From contig CAZFAM010000006.1 of the NCBI GenBank assembly GCA_964516425.1, forward strand, positions 1-58,331: DNA of 58,331 nt, in the 5' to 3' direction. Position 1 is the stretch's first letter. Every line of letters begins with the position of its first letter. The position numbers were made by a program, and so were the translations under genes. This DNA is from an uncultured Bacteroidales bacterium (GTDB taxonomy: Bacteria > Bacillota_I > Bacilli_A > ML615J-28 > CAG-698). Of this stretch, positions 50,475 to 58,331 are shown one piece after another. A model generated the notes under the pieces. It was not told the origin of the DNA. It worked only from the letters and a program-made list of their open reading frames with translations, and ran no database searches.

Positions 50475-52315
50475 TGGAAAATTATGAAGAATTTGAAGAA
50501 CAAGAAGAGAAGTTTAGTGCTGGAGTTTGGAAAAAAATTCTATCTAAAGTTTTCAAAAGAAAAAAGAATATTATTATAATGATATTTTCTGTTATTATGT
50601 TAGCTGGTCTTGACATTTTTACACCATTATTAAATTCAAAAGTTATTGAAGTGTTTTTCTCAGACAATCCTGCTTTTGAAAAAACATGGTTATATATTGG
50701 TATTTATATTGCAGTTGCAATCGCTTATATGGTCGTTATTTATACTTTCTTAAATATGGCCGGAATTGTGGAAGTTAATGTAGCGGATGAATTAAGAACA
50801 GAAGCGTTTGTGAAATTACAAGAATTACCATTTAGTTATTATGATAAAACAGCTGCTGGATGGATTATGGCTCGTTTAACAAGTGACTCTAGAAAACTTG
50901 CAGAAATTATTTCTTGGGGAATGGTAGATTTTGTTTGGGGCATTGGAACAATGATTGGAATATTAATAATATTATATGTCATATTTTGGCCACTTGCTTT
51001 AATTATCACTATTTTAACGCCAATACTATTTTTAGTATGTATGCATTTTAGAAAATCAATTCTAAAATCATATCGAAGTGTTAGAAAGATAAATTCAAAA
51101 ATTACTGGTTCATATAATGAAGGAATATTGGGAACAAAAACTACTAAGACATTAGTTCTTGAAGAAACTAAATCTAAAGAATTTGAAGTACTATGTTCTG
51201 ATATGAAAAAGAATTCTATTAAAGCTGTTATTCGTTCTTCAATTTTTTGGCCTTTAGTTTTAGTTCTAGGTTATGTTGGGGTTGCTATAACACTTCGTGT
51301 TGGTTCAGGATATGTTATAGGAGAATTTGGAACATTAACTATTACGGTCTCAGTTTTATATTTATTTATTAACTATACAACAATGTTTTTCGACCCAATT
51401 ATGCAAATTGCGAGAATTCTTGCAGAACTTCAACAAGCACAAGCATCTGCGGAAAGAATAATGCAGTTAATAGAAACAAAACCTGAAATTGAAGATACCG
51501 AAGAAGTAAAAGAAAAATATGGAACAATTATGAATCCAAAACGTGAAAATTGGGAAGAGTTAAAAGGTGAGATTGAATTTAAAAATGTTAATTTCTCTTA
51601 TATTCCTAATGAATTAGTTTTGAAAAACTTTAATCTTCATATTAAACCAGGTACTAGTGTTGCTCTTGTTGGTGCTACTGGAAGTGGAAAAAGTACAATT
51701 GTTAATTTAATTTGTCGATTCTATGAACCAACAACTGGTGAAATTTTAATTGATGGAAGAAACTATAAGGAAAGATCTATTGGATGGTTGCATGAAAATT
51801 TAGGATATGTTTTACAAAGTCCGCATTTATTCAATGGGACAATTATGGAAAATATAAGATATGGTAGATTAAATGCAACTGATGAAGAATGTATAGCTGC
51901 CGCTAAAGCTGTTAGCGCTGATGAATTCATTCAAACATTTGAAAATAAATATCAAACAAATGTTGGGGAAGGTGGTTCTAAATTATCACAAGGTCAACGA
52001 CAATTAATTTCTTTTGCTAGAGCATTAATTGCTAATCCTAAAATATTAATTTTAGATGAAGCAACATCTTCAATTGATACTGAAACAGAAGTTTTAATTC
52101 AAGAAGTAATTAATAAATTATTAAAGGGTAGAACATCTTTTATTGTTGCACACCGATTATCCACAATTATTAATGCAGATTTAATTTTAGTAATTAAAGA
52201 TGGTGAAATTCTAGAACAAGGAAATCATAAGGAATTATTAAAATTAAAAGGAGAGTATTATAATTTATATAAAAATCAATTTATTAATGAAGAAATGGAA
52301 AAAACAAAATTATAA
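50474..52315 (+). CDS. ABC exporter subunit (TMD plus NBD)
   Basis: GATGSGKST, LSQGQRQ, LDEATSSID, VAHRLST. Confidence 0.93.
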   Translation: MENYEEFEEQEEKFSAGVWKKILSKVFKRKKNIIIMIFSVIMLAGLDIFTPLLNSKVIEVFFSDNPAFEKTWLYIGIYIAVAIAYMVVIYTFLNMAGIVEVNVADELRTEAFVKLQELPFSYYDKTAAGWIMARLTSDSRKLAEIISWGMVDFVWGIGTMIGILIILYVIFWPLALIITILTPILFLVCMHFRKSILKSYRSVRKINSKITGSYNEGILGTKTTKTLVLEETKSKEFEVLCSDMKKNSIKAVIRSSIFWPLVLVLGYVGVAITLRVGSGYVIGEFGTLTITVSVLYLFINYTTMFFDPIMQIARILAELQQAQASAERIMQLIETKPEIEDTEEVKEKYGTIMNPKRENWEELKGEIEFKNVNFSYIPNELVLKNFNLHIKPGTSVALVGATGSGKSTIVNLICRFYEPTTGEILIDGRNYKERSIGWLHENLGYVLQSPHLFNGTIMENIRYGRLNATDEECIAAAKAVSADEFIQTFENKYQTNVGEGGSKLSQGQRQLISFARALIANPKILILDEATSSIDTETEVLIQEVINKLLKGRTSFIVAHRLSTIINADLILVIKDGEILEQGNHKELLKLKGEYYNLYKNQFINEEMEKTKL

Positions 52316-52649
52316 AAATGGTGGCTTTTCAGTCACCATTTCTTTTCATTAAATTGAACATTAGTATAAAAACAATTGTAACATAAATTTGTTATGTAAA
52401 AAAAAGCATAACAATTGTAAGAGTCAATTATTTTAATTATATGAAAATAATTGCTATTGTAAATTTAATATGCTATAATTAAATGCATAAAAAGTGAATT
52501 TATAATAAACTCACTTTTTATTTGATATATGTGAAAGGGAGAGGAGAAGTATGATGCAACTAAATATTTAATTTATTCAGTTGCACTATTATTATTATCC
52601 TTTTAGTTAAATATATACAAAAAATTTTATAAAAAGAAAGGAAAGTTTT

Positions 52650-53195
52650 ATGCGTATTATTACAGGTAAACATAAAAGTCGTAAACTAGTAACGTTAGAA
52701 GGAAATAACACACGTCCTATGATGGATGTTATGAAAGAATCTGTTTTTAATACGATTGGCCCATATTTTGATGAAATAGAAGTATTAGATATATTTGGTG
52801 GTAGTGGAGCATTATCATTAGAAGCTATTAGCCGTGGTGCAAAACATTCATTTATTGTGGAATTAAGTAAAGAAGCCGCAAAAGTGATTTCCACAAATAT
52901 TAGTAATTTACATGAAGAAAATAGCGTAACACTAATGAATGTGGATTATAAAATTGCTCTAAAAAAATTGCAAGGAAAGAAATTTGATTTAGTATTTTTG
53001 GATCCACCATATCGAATGAACATAACTAATGAATTAATTGATTATTTAGTAGAAAATGAATTTTTGAATAATAATGCTTATGTTGTGTGTCATTATATTA
53101 AAGGTAATGCGGAAGAAAATAAAAGATTGAAATTAGTTAAAAAATATATTAGGGGAACTGCGGAAGCATCCATATATGAATATAGCGAAAAATAA
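52650..53195 (+). CDS. rsmD: 16S rRNA m2G966 methyltransferase
   Basis: MRIITG, TRP, LDIFGGSGALSLEA.SRGA, FLDPPY. Confidence 0.93.
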   Translation: MRIITGKHKSRKLVTLEGNNTRPMMDVMKESVFNTIGPYFDEIEVLDIFGGSGALSLEAISRGAKHSFIVELSKEAAKVISTNISNLHEENSVTLMNVDYKIALKKLQGKKFDLVFLDPPYRMNITNELIDYLVENEFLNNNAYVVCHYIKGNAEENKRLKLVKKYIRGTAEASIYEYSEK

Positions 53196-54008
53196 AGTGA
53201 CTATAGAAGATAAAATGAAACGAATAATGATATACTTAATAATAGAGATATCATTATTTTTTATTACATTTATGGATTGAATAATAATACATAATCCTTG
53301 AAATGATATAAGAAAACAACAAAGCAAATAATTATTATAATTTTTAAAATATGGAAGCCCAGAACTTATCTCAATAAAATTTAATAAAGATGTTAAGTTG
53401 ATATTACATTTATTAAATATAAATACAAGTGATTCTTTAAGAACATTAAAAAAACACGAAAGACAAGCTACAGATAAAACAATAGTAATTATATTACTAA
53501 TAGATTCTGAAAAATCATTATATGAATAAGGACTATAAAAAGATTGACTATTAGATAATTGTAGCTTATAAAATTTTTCACAAATAAATATTGTAATAAG
53601 TGAGGATATAAAGTATATAATATAAAACTTAATACCAAGAAAAGAAATTACAAATAAGGGATTAAAAAAAATGGAAAAGTAACATAATTTTTTGAAATCA
53701 TTATTAGTAATATGCTTTTTATTATATTCAATATATGATAAAGATATAGCACCAGGATTTCCTAATAACATACTTACTAGAAAAATACTATAACTTCTAA
53801 CATTTTCAAATGAAATCAAAGCTTTTAAAACTTTGGAACATTTGTTAAAGAAATTATTATTAATTAAATAGTAAGAGATTATATATAATAAGAAAAGAGA
53901 TGGAAAAACTTTATAAAACCAAATATATAAAGAAGAATAAATAATATTCATAGTATTAGTATAGTTGAATAAAATATTAATAAATAATAATATTATAATA
54001 ATTCCCAT
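53133..54008 (-). CDS. YlbJ-like integral membrane protein
   Basis: W..KVFPSLF, LLGNPG, NPLF, EISSG, FQGLCI..Q; convergent with rsmD as in Bacilli. Confidence 0.6.
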   Translation of the reverse strand: MGIIIILLFINILFNYTNTMNIIYSSLYIWFYKVFPSLFLLYIISYYLINNNFFNKCSKVLKALISFENVRSYSIFLVSMLLGNPGAISLSYIEYNKKHITNNDFKKLCYFSIFFNPLFVISFLGIKFYIIYFISSLITIFICEKFYKLQLSNSQSFYSPYSYNDFSESISNIITIVLSVACLSCFFNVLKESLVFIFNKCNINLTSLLNFIEISSGLPYFKNYNNYLLCCFLISFQGLCIIIQSINVIKNNDISIIKYIIIRFILSSIVTLFFAIFIYGCFRSSPNIFFN

Positions 54009-54121
54009 TATTCTTGTCCTCTATACATTATATGAGTAAGTGTAAATATTAAAACAAAAAAATGATTGATAAAAAGATGTAAAAGTGGTAAAATATATAA
54101 TACATGTACATAGGTGGGTTT

Positions 54122-54958
54122 ATGATTAAATTTATTGCAACGGATTTAGATGGAACATTATTTTATCCTAAAAGACGTATTAAGTTGTTAACTAAGAAAA
54201 ATAGAAATTTTATAAAGCAATATATTAGTGAAGGTAATGAGGTTGCATTGGTTTCAGGACGCAATCACTTTATAAGCAAAAGAATTCAAAAAAAGATTAA
54301 AAGCAGTATTGATATGGTTGCTTGTAATGGTTCGGTTGTTTATCGTGGAAATAATTTATTAGTTGATTTTCCTATGGACCATAAGCAAGTATATGATTTT
54401 TATTTAAAAAACAAAAAAAATAAAAAAATTCTTACATGGATTGTTATGACTGATCAAGATAATATGATAGTTGTTCATAATAGTTTATCTTCATTTTTAA
54501 GAGTTATATATCGATTGGCACTTTTATTTCAGTTTCAATATAATGGTAAATGTAAATTTGGTCATAGAAGATTTAAGAAGATGATTGATAATCCAAATGT
54601 TAAAATATATAAAGTTATGGCTATTTATGGATTAGGTAAGAAAGCAATGGAAAGAGCTCGCTTGGCAGCTAAAGATTTAGCAAATGAATATAAAAATGAG
54701 TTTGAAGTTATGTGGTCAAAAGAATCTGTGGAAATAATGAATCATGGAGTTAATAAAGCAAGTTCATTAAATTATTTAATTAATGAATTAGGTATATCAA
54801 AAGATGATGTTGCTGTTGTTGGTGATTCTGGAAATGATTTACCATTATTTGAAAGTTTTCCACACAGTTTTGTTATGTCACATGCTCATGATGAAATAAA
54901 GGATAAAGCAAAAGTTGAAATTGATGGATTTTATTGTTTAGAAAAATATGTAAAGTAA
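54122..54958 (+). CDS. Cof-type HAD-IIB hydrolase
   Basis: ATDLDGTL, SGR, CNG, NKA, GDSGND. Confidence 0.92.
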   Translation: MIKFIATDLDGTLFYPKRRIKLLTKKNRNFIKQYISEGNEVALVSGRNHFISKRIQKKIKSSIDMVACNGSVVYRGNNLLVDFPMDHKQVYDFYLKNKKNKKILTWIVMTDQDNMIVVHNSLSSFLRVIYRLALLFQFQYNGKCKFGHRRFKKMIDNPNVKIYKVMAIYGLGKKAMERARLAAKDLANEYKNEFEVMWSKESVEIMNHGVNKASSLNYLINELGISKDDVAVVGDSGNDLPLFESFPHSFVMSHAHDEIKDKAKVEIDGFYCLEKYVK

Positions 54959-55022
54959 TTTTAAAAAGTGGTTGCAAATAGTTTTTATTTGTGATATAAT
55001 ATCATTGCTTTTAAAAGTACTT

Positions 55023-55099
55023 CTCCCAGTAGCTCAGCTGGATAGAGCAACGGCCTTCTAAGCCGTGTGTCGAAGGTTCGAATCCTTTCTGGGAGGCCA
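55023..55099 (+). tRNA. tRNA-Arg(TCT)
   Basis: Acceptor CTCCCAG/CTGGGAG, anticodon arm ACGGC-CTTCTAA-GCCGT, GGTTCGAATCC, CCA. Confidence 0.97.
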
Positions 55100-55221
55100 T
55101 TTTAGAAATTATAGTAAATAACTAAACTCATACTATAGTTATTTTTTAAATTTTTAACATATGCTACTAGTAGAGATATATCGATATGCACCTAAAATAG
55201 GATTGCGGTATGTCTTTTTTT

Positions 55222-55304
55222 ATTTCATGTGAGTTAAATTATAATATCTATACAAGATAATATTTGTTATAAAGAAGTATTGAGAATTATAATAAATTTT
55301 CCTT
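55222..55304 (+). repeat. linker element S, copy 1 (copy 2 at about 56517-56603)
   Basis: ATTTCATGTGAGTTAAATTATAATATCTATACAAGATAA... aligns with ATTTCTTGTGAATCAAATTATGATATCTTTACAAGATAA... Confidence 0.75.
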
Positions 55305-55411
55305 GCATTATTTTCTTTTTTCACATATAATATACTAAACGTCGGAACACATGTTGTTCGTCGGGAGGTGCACATACTACACGTTTTTACTTTTTGAAAA
55401 ACTGAACTTGT
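55303..55411 (+). promoter_or_regulatory. CRISPR leader with promoter and structured 5' region
   Basis: TTGCAT-17bp-TATAAT (55303-55331); AAACGT...ACGTTT stem enclosing a GAACA/TGTTC hairpin. Confidence 0.65.
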
Positions 55412-56369
55412 GTTTGCTAGGTATGCTAAATACGGCTATAACAATACTAATATTCGGTTTGACTTATTAATAAAAGCGTTTGCTAGGTATGCTAAATACG
55501 GCTATAACAATACAGTTTTCACCTCCTATTTTTTTTATTCGAAGTTTGCTAGGTATGCTAAATACGGCTATAACAATACCCCATATCTTAGCCAATCCAT
55601 CGGAAAAAGGTTTGCTAGGTATGCTAAATACGGCTATAACAATACCCCATATCTTAGCCAATCCATCGGAAAAAGGTTTGCTAGGTATGCTAAATACGGC
55701 TATAACAATACTTTACCAAGTTTCGCATCTTCAATAAGTCTGTTTGCTAGGTATGCTAAATACGGCTATAACAATACAGCATTTAATGAATTTTGGACGG
55801 AATACCCGTTTGCTAGGTATGCTAAATACGGCTATAACAATACCAATATCGCTCCATTCAAAACCTCTAATAGGTTTGCTAGGTATGCTAAATACGGCTA
55901 TAACAATACTTCCTCAACTAGAGTTTGTCCGTTTGCTTGTTTGCTAGGTATGCTAAATACGGCTATAACAATACATATAATGGGGGTGTCTTTAAAGGAG
56001 GTTAGTTTGCTAGGTATGCTAAATACGGCTATAACAATACCGTGCGCGTGCGCGATAAAACGCGTTTTTTGTTTGCTAGGTATGCTAAATACGGCTATAA
56101 CAATACAATATTGAATTGTTGAATATATATTCATATGTTTGCTAGGTATGCTAAATACGGCTATAACAATACCGAAAGCGGATGTAATTTCCGCAAGTTG
56201 GTGTTTGCTAGGTATGCTAAATACGGCTATAACAATACAATGACATCTGCGTTTAATATTGAATTATGTTTGCTAGGTATGCTAAATACGGCTATAACAA
56301 TACTTTCTTCTGATAATGATTGAAAACTACCTTGTTTGCTAGGTATGCTAAATATGACGTTAATGATAC
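55412..56369 (+). CRISPR. CRISPR array, 36-bp repeat GTTTGCTAGGTATGCTAAATACGGCTATAACAATAC; 14 identical repeats, 1 degenerate terminal repeat, 14 spacers of 29-30 bp; type II-like
   Basis: Repeats start at 55412, 55478, 55544, 55610, 55676, 55742, 55808, 55874, 55939, 56005, 56071, 56137, 56203, 56268; the copy at 56334 matches for 21 bp; spacers 3 and 4 identical. Confidence 0.98.
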
Positions 56370-56429
56370 ATATAAATGTCAGTTTTACCAAATTTGTCTA
56401 CTATAGGTTATCTTTTTTTATTAAAATAC

Positions 56430-56516
56430 TTGATTTTTTTAAATTTTTAGCATATAACAATAACAACAAAAACAAATAATTTGTTTATCGCCACCGTATG
56501 AGATGTGGCGTTTTTT
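56430..56516 (+). ncRNA. promoter/short RNA/terminator module 1
   Basis: TTGATT-17bp-TATAAC; hairpins AAACAAA/TTTGTTT and CGCCAC/GTGGCG plus T6. Confidence 0.5.
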
Positions 56517-56617
56517 ATTTCTTGTGAATCAAATTATGATATCTTTACAAGATAACATTAGTCGTAAAAAAAGGTATTGGCAATCGCAATGAATTTTCAC
56601 CTTTTTTATTAAAATAC

Positions 56618-56726
56618 TTGATTTTTTAAAATTTTTAGCATATAATAATATCAACGAGGTGAAATTCCTCACGCTTAACTATACATAGTTAAGATAACTG
56701 CTGACTTTTGTATCAGCAGTTATTTT
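56618..56726 (+). ncRNA. promoter/short RNA/terminator module 2
   Basis: TTGATT-17bp-TATAAT; hairpins GAGG/CCTC, CTTAACTAT/ATAGTTAAG, ATAACTGCTGA/TCAGCAGTTAT plus T-tract. Confidence 0.55.
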
Positions 56727-56936
56727 AATTTATACGTCTTTTTGCAATCGATTTGATTTTTTACCGTTTATGTTTTTAGGATAATAATTTTGTACACATG
56801 TAGGAGTTTTTAATGATACCATTAAGAAAATAGAATGTTAATTTTACCAATTTTGTTATTATCGGTTATCCTTTTTTATTGATAATTATAATTATCACAG
56901 ATTAATCATAAATTTTTTGCTCTTTTATTAAAATAC

Positions 56937-57027
56937 TTGATTTTTTTAATTTTTGAAGATATAATAATATTAAGAAGTAAGTCTCTGAAAAGTGCCCATG
57001 ATTGGCACGAGCTTACTTCTTTTTTTT
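56937..57027 (+). ncRNA. promoter/short RNA/terminator module 3
   Basis: TTGATT-17bp-TATAAT; outer stem AAGAAGTAAG/CTTACTTCTT enclosing GTGCC/GGCAC; long T-tract. Confidence 0.55.
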
Positions 57028-57265
57028 ACATTTTTTTTTGACAATTACAAAAAAAGTAAATTTTGTATTTCATTTTTTATAAGATTTACCAATAAAAGTT
57101 AATTAATTCATCTCTAAATCAACATAATGTTTAATATAAAATTAAAAGTTTGTAGTCAGTTGACTAAGGTTTGCTGGATTTATTCGCAAGCGATATATTG
57201 AAAATATGTAACAAAAATGTTGCAAACTCAATTCAAATATTATATAATACTGTTGAGGTATATTT

Positions 57266-57577
57266 ATGAAGAAGTTATATAAAATAGCAGAAATTTATAA
57301 TAATATAGAATTAAAAGAAATGGCAGTTGAAGAACAAGAAAAATGGCTAAGAGCAAAAATTGTAATGCAATTTGTATTTTTACGAGAAAAACTTGGGTTT
57401 ACTCAACAAGAGATTGCTGATAAAATGGGTGTAAAGCGCCAACAAATAACAAGATTTGAAAATATGAATAATTCACCAACATTATTTTTTCTAGTAAAAT
57501 ATGCAAATGCATTAGATACAGAACTTGATGTTCTTTTAAGAGATGTTGATTTAATAGAGGTGAAGAATAATGAATAA
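57266..57577 (+). CDS. XRE-family HTH regulator or antitoxin-like protein
   Basis: LREKLGFTQQEIADKMGVKRQQITRFE..SPTL; upstream TTGCAA-17bp-TATAAT overlapped by the imperfect palindrome TGTAACA-AAAA-TGTTGCA. Confidence 0.88.
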   Translation: MKKLYKIAEIYNNIELKEMAVEEQEKWLRAKIVMQFVFLREKLGFTQQEIADKMGVKRQQITRFENMNNSPTLFFLVKYANALDTELDVLLRDVDLIEVKNNE

Positions 57578-57854
57578 ATATGAGATTGTTAAGTTTAATA
57601 ATGATTCAGTAGAAGTTGATGTAACAGTATCTCCGTTAGAGGAAACCGTTTGGTTGAGTCAAGAGCAAATGGCTTTGTTGTTTAATGTAAATATTCCAGC
57701 AATTAATAAACATATTAGAAATATAATTTCTGAAAATGAATTAGATGCAAGTTCAACTATTTCCAAAATTGAAATTGTTCGTTATGAGGGAAATAGGAGA
57801 GTAAAAGGAGTGGATTTAATAGAGGTGTCAAATGGAAAAAAACATATGAAATAA
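57570..57854 (+). pseudogene. truncated RhuM-family N-terminal fragment
   Basis: ETVWLSQEQMALLF.V...AINKHIRNI...EL; ends before the YNLD..ISVGYRV core. Confidence 0.75.
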
Positions 57855-58331
57855 TAAAATTTAACAACAATAATTTAGAAATAGATGTAATAATATCCCC
57901 TCTTGAAAAAACTATTTGGCTTACTATAGACCAAATTGCTTTACTATTTGGAAGAGATAAATCAGTAATTTCTAGACATATTAAGAACATATTTGAAATT
58001 AATGAATTAGAAGAAAATAGCTGTGTTGCATTTTTTGCAACTGAACTAAATAAATATGATCCACGTACTGGAAAAATGAGAAAAACAAAAGTAAATGTTA
58101 AAATATTTAATTTAGATGTTATTATTTCAGTTGGATATAGAGTTAATTCAATTATGGGAGTAAAATTTAGAAAATGGGCAAATGAGGTTTTAAAAGAGTA
58201 CTTATTAACAGGTTATGTTGTTAATAAAGATAGAACTTTAGTAACTAATGAAAATTATGTAAGATTAATTAATAAAGTTGAATCACTTGATGAAAGAGTA
58301 AGTAATATTGAAAATAATTATAAACCACAAG
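57832..58331 (+). CDS. RhuM-family protein, frameshifted at an A7 tract after the ATG; runs off the window
   Basis: Frame from 57842: TIWLTIDQIALLFGRDKSVISRHIKNIF...FNLDVIISVGYRVNS..GVKFRKWANEVLKEYL..GY; ATG 57832 with SD GAGGTG is 1 nt out of frame. Confidence 0.8.

Noticed and set aside
55910-55938. Spacer 8 ends in GTTTGCT like the repeat start; spacers 11 and 13 share AATATTGAATT; spacer 2 partly resembles 56594-56610
   Set aside because: Short, low-complexity matches compatible with chance; no self-target found by eye
55410-56323. ORFs with FARYAKYGYNNT or LLGMLNTAITI repeats
   Set aside because: Translation artefacts of the 66-bp CRISPR period
56446-56480. TTTAGCATA matching the reverse complement of the CRISPR repeat (also near 56634), as a possible tracrRNA anti-repeat
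   Set aside because: Only 9-10 nt in AT-rich DNA, lies in the promoter spacer rather than the transcript, and has no correctly spaced lower stem
56498-56530. ATG-AGA mini-ORF near tRNA-Arg(TCT) and a CRISPR, recalling CreT RNA toxins
   Set aside because: No SD, a single AGA, and it sits in a terminator loop; AGA is a common codon in this genome
56972-57021. CTGAAAA-stem-GAG resembling a hammerhead ribozyme
   Set aside because: Lacks the CUGANGA and GAAA core and the third stem
57150-57192. GTTTGCT with adjacent hairpins as a minus-strand tracrRNA or repeat remnant
   Set aside because: 7-nt match only; no upper-stem complementarity
851-57990. Many short antisense or nested ORFs in the track (e.g. 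851-1195, 2363-2644, 4164-4361, 6031-6294, 20080-20454, 22306-22704, 57757-57990)
   Set aside because: They shadow well-supported genes or RNAs and have no SD or recognisable motifs

Overview
Very AT-rich bacterial chromosomal window in the standard genetic code. Gene content and promoters look like a reduced, Mollicute-like member of the Bacilli (inference). Housekeeping genes include pckA, efp, rsmD, a Cof-type HAD hydrolase, two heterodimeric ABC exporters, a Y-family polymerase with YolD, and an Ldh_2/malic enzyme/LarA-family cluster. Three accessory blocks are interleaved. (1) At 4.2-11.6 kb, an island after tRNA-Glu(CTC) carries a resolvase remnant, an inverted-repeat-flanked AAA_14/DUF4143 ATPase, XRE regulators and an AbiE type IV toxin-antitoxin pair. 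(2) At 19.2-39.2 kb is the best candidate for an undescribed system: a tightly coupled 9-gene operon with a SipW-type signal peptidase, a membrane-anchored McrB-like AAA+ GTPase, a DUF2357-like partner with no visible nuclease motif, an ABC transporter and surface proteins. Six secreted proteins in this block share a G-F-A-x-W-like cleavage motif and may build a TasA-like donor-strand fibre with two alternative adhesin modules, driven by divergent promoters that share one palindromic -35 box. (3) At 55.1-58.3 kb, after tRNA-Arg(TCT), a type II-like CRISPR array (14 full 36-bp repeats plus a truncated one, no cas genes in the window) sits inside a chain of repeated promoter/short structured RNA/terminator modules, followed by a duplicated, frameshifted RhuM cassette. 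All family assignments come from motif recognition by eye; no searches were run.
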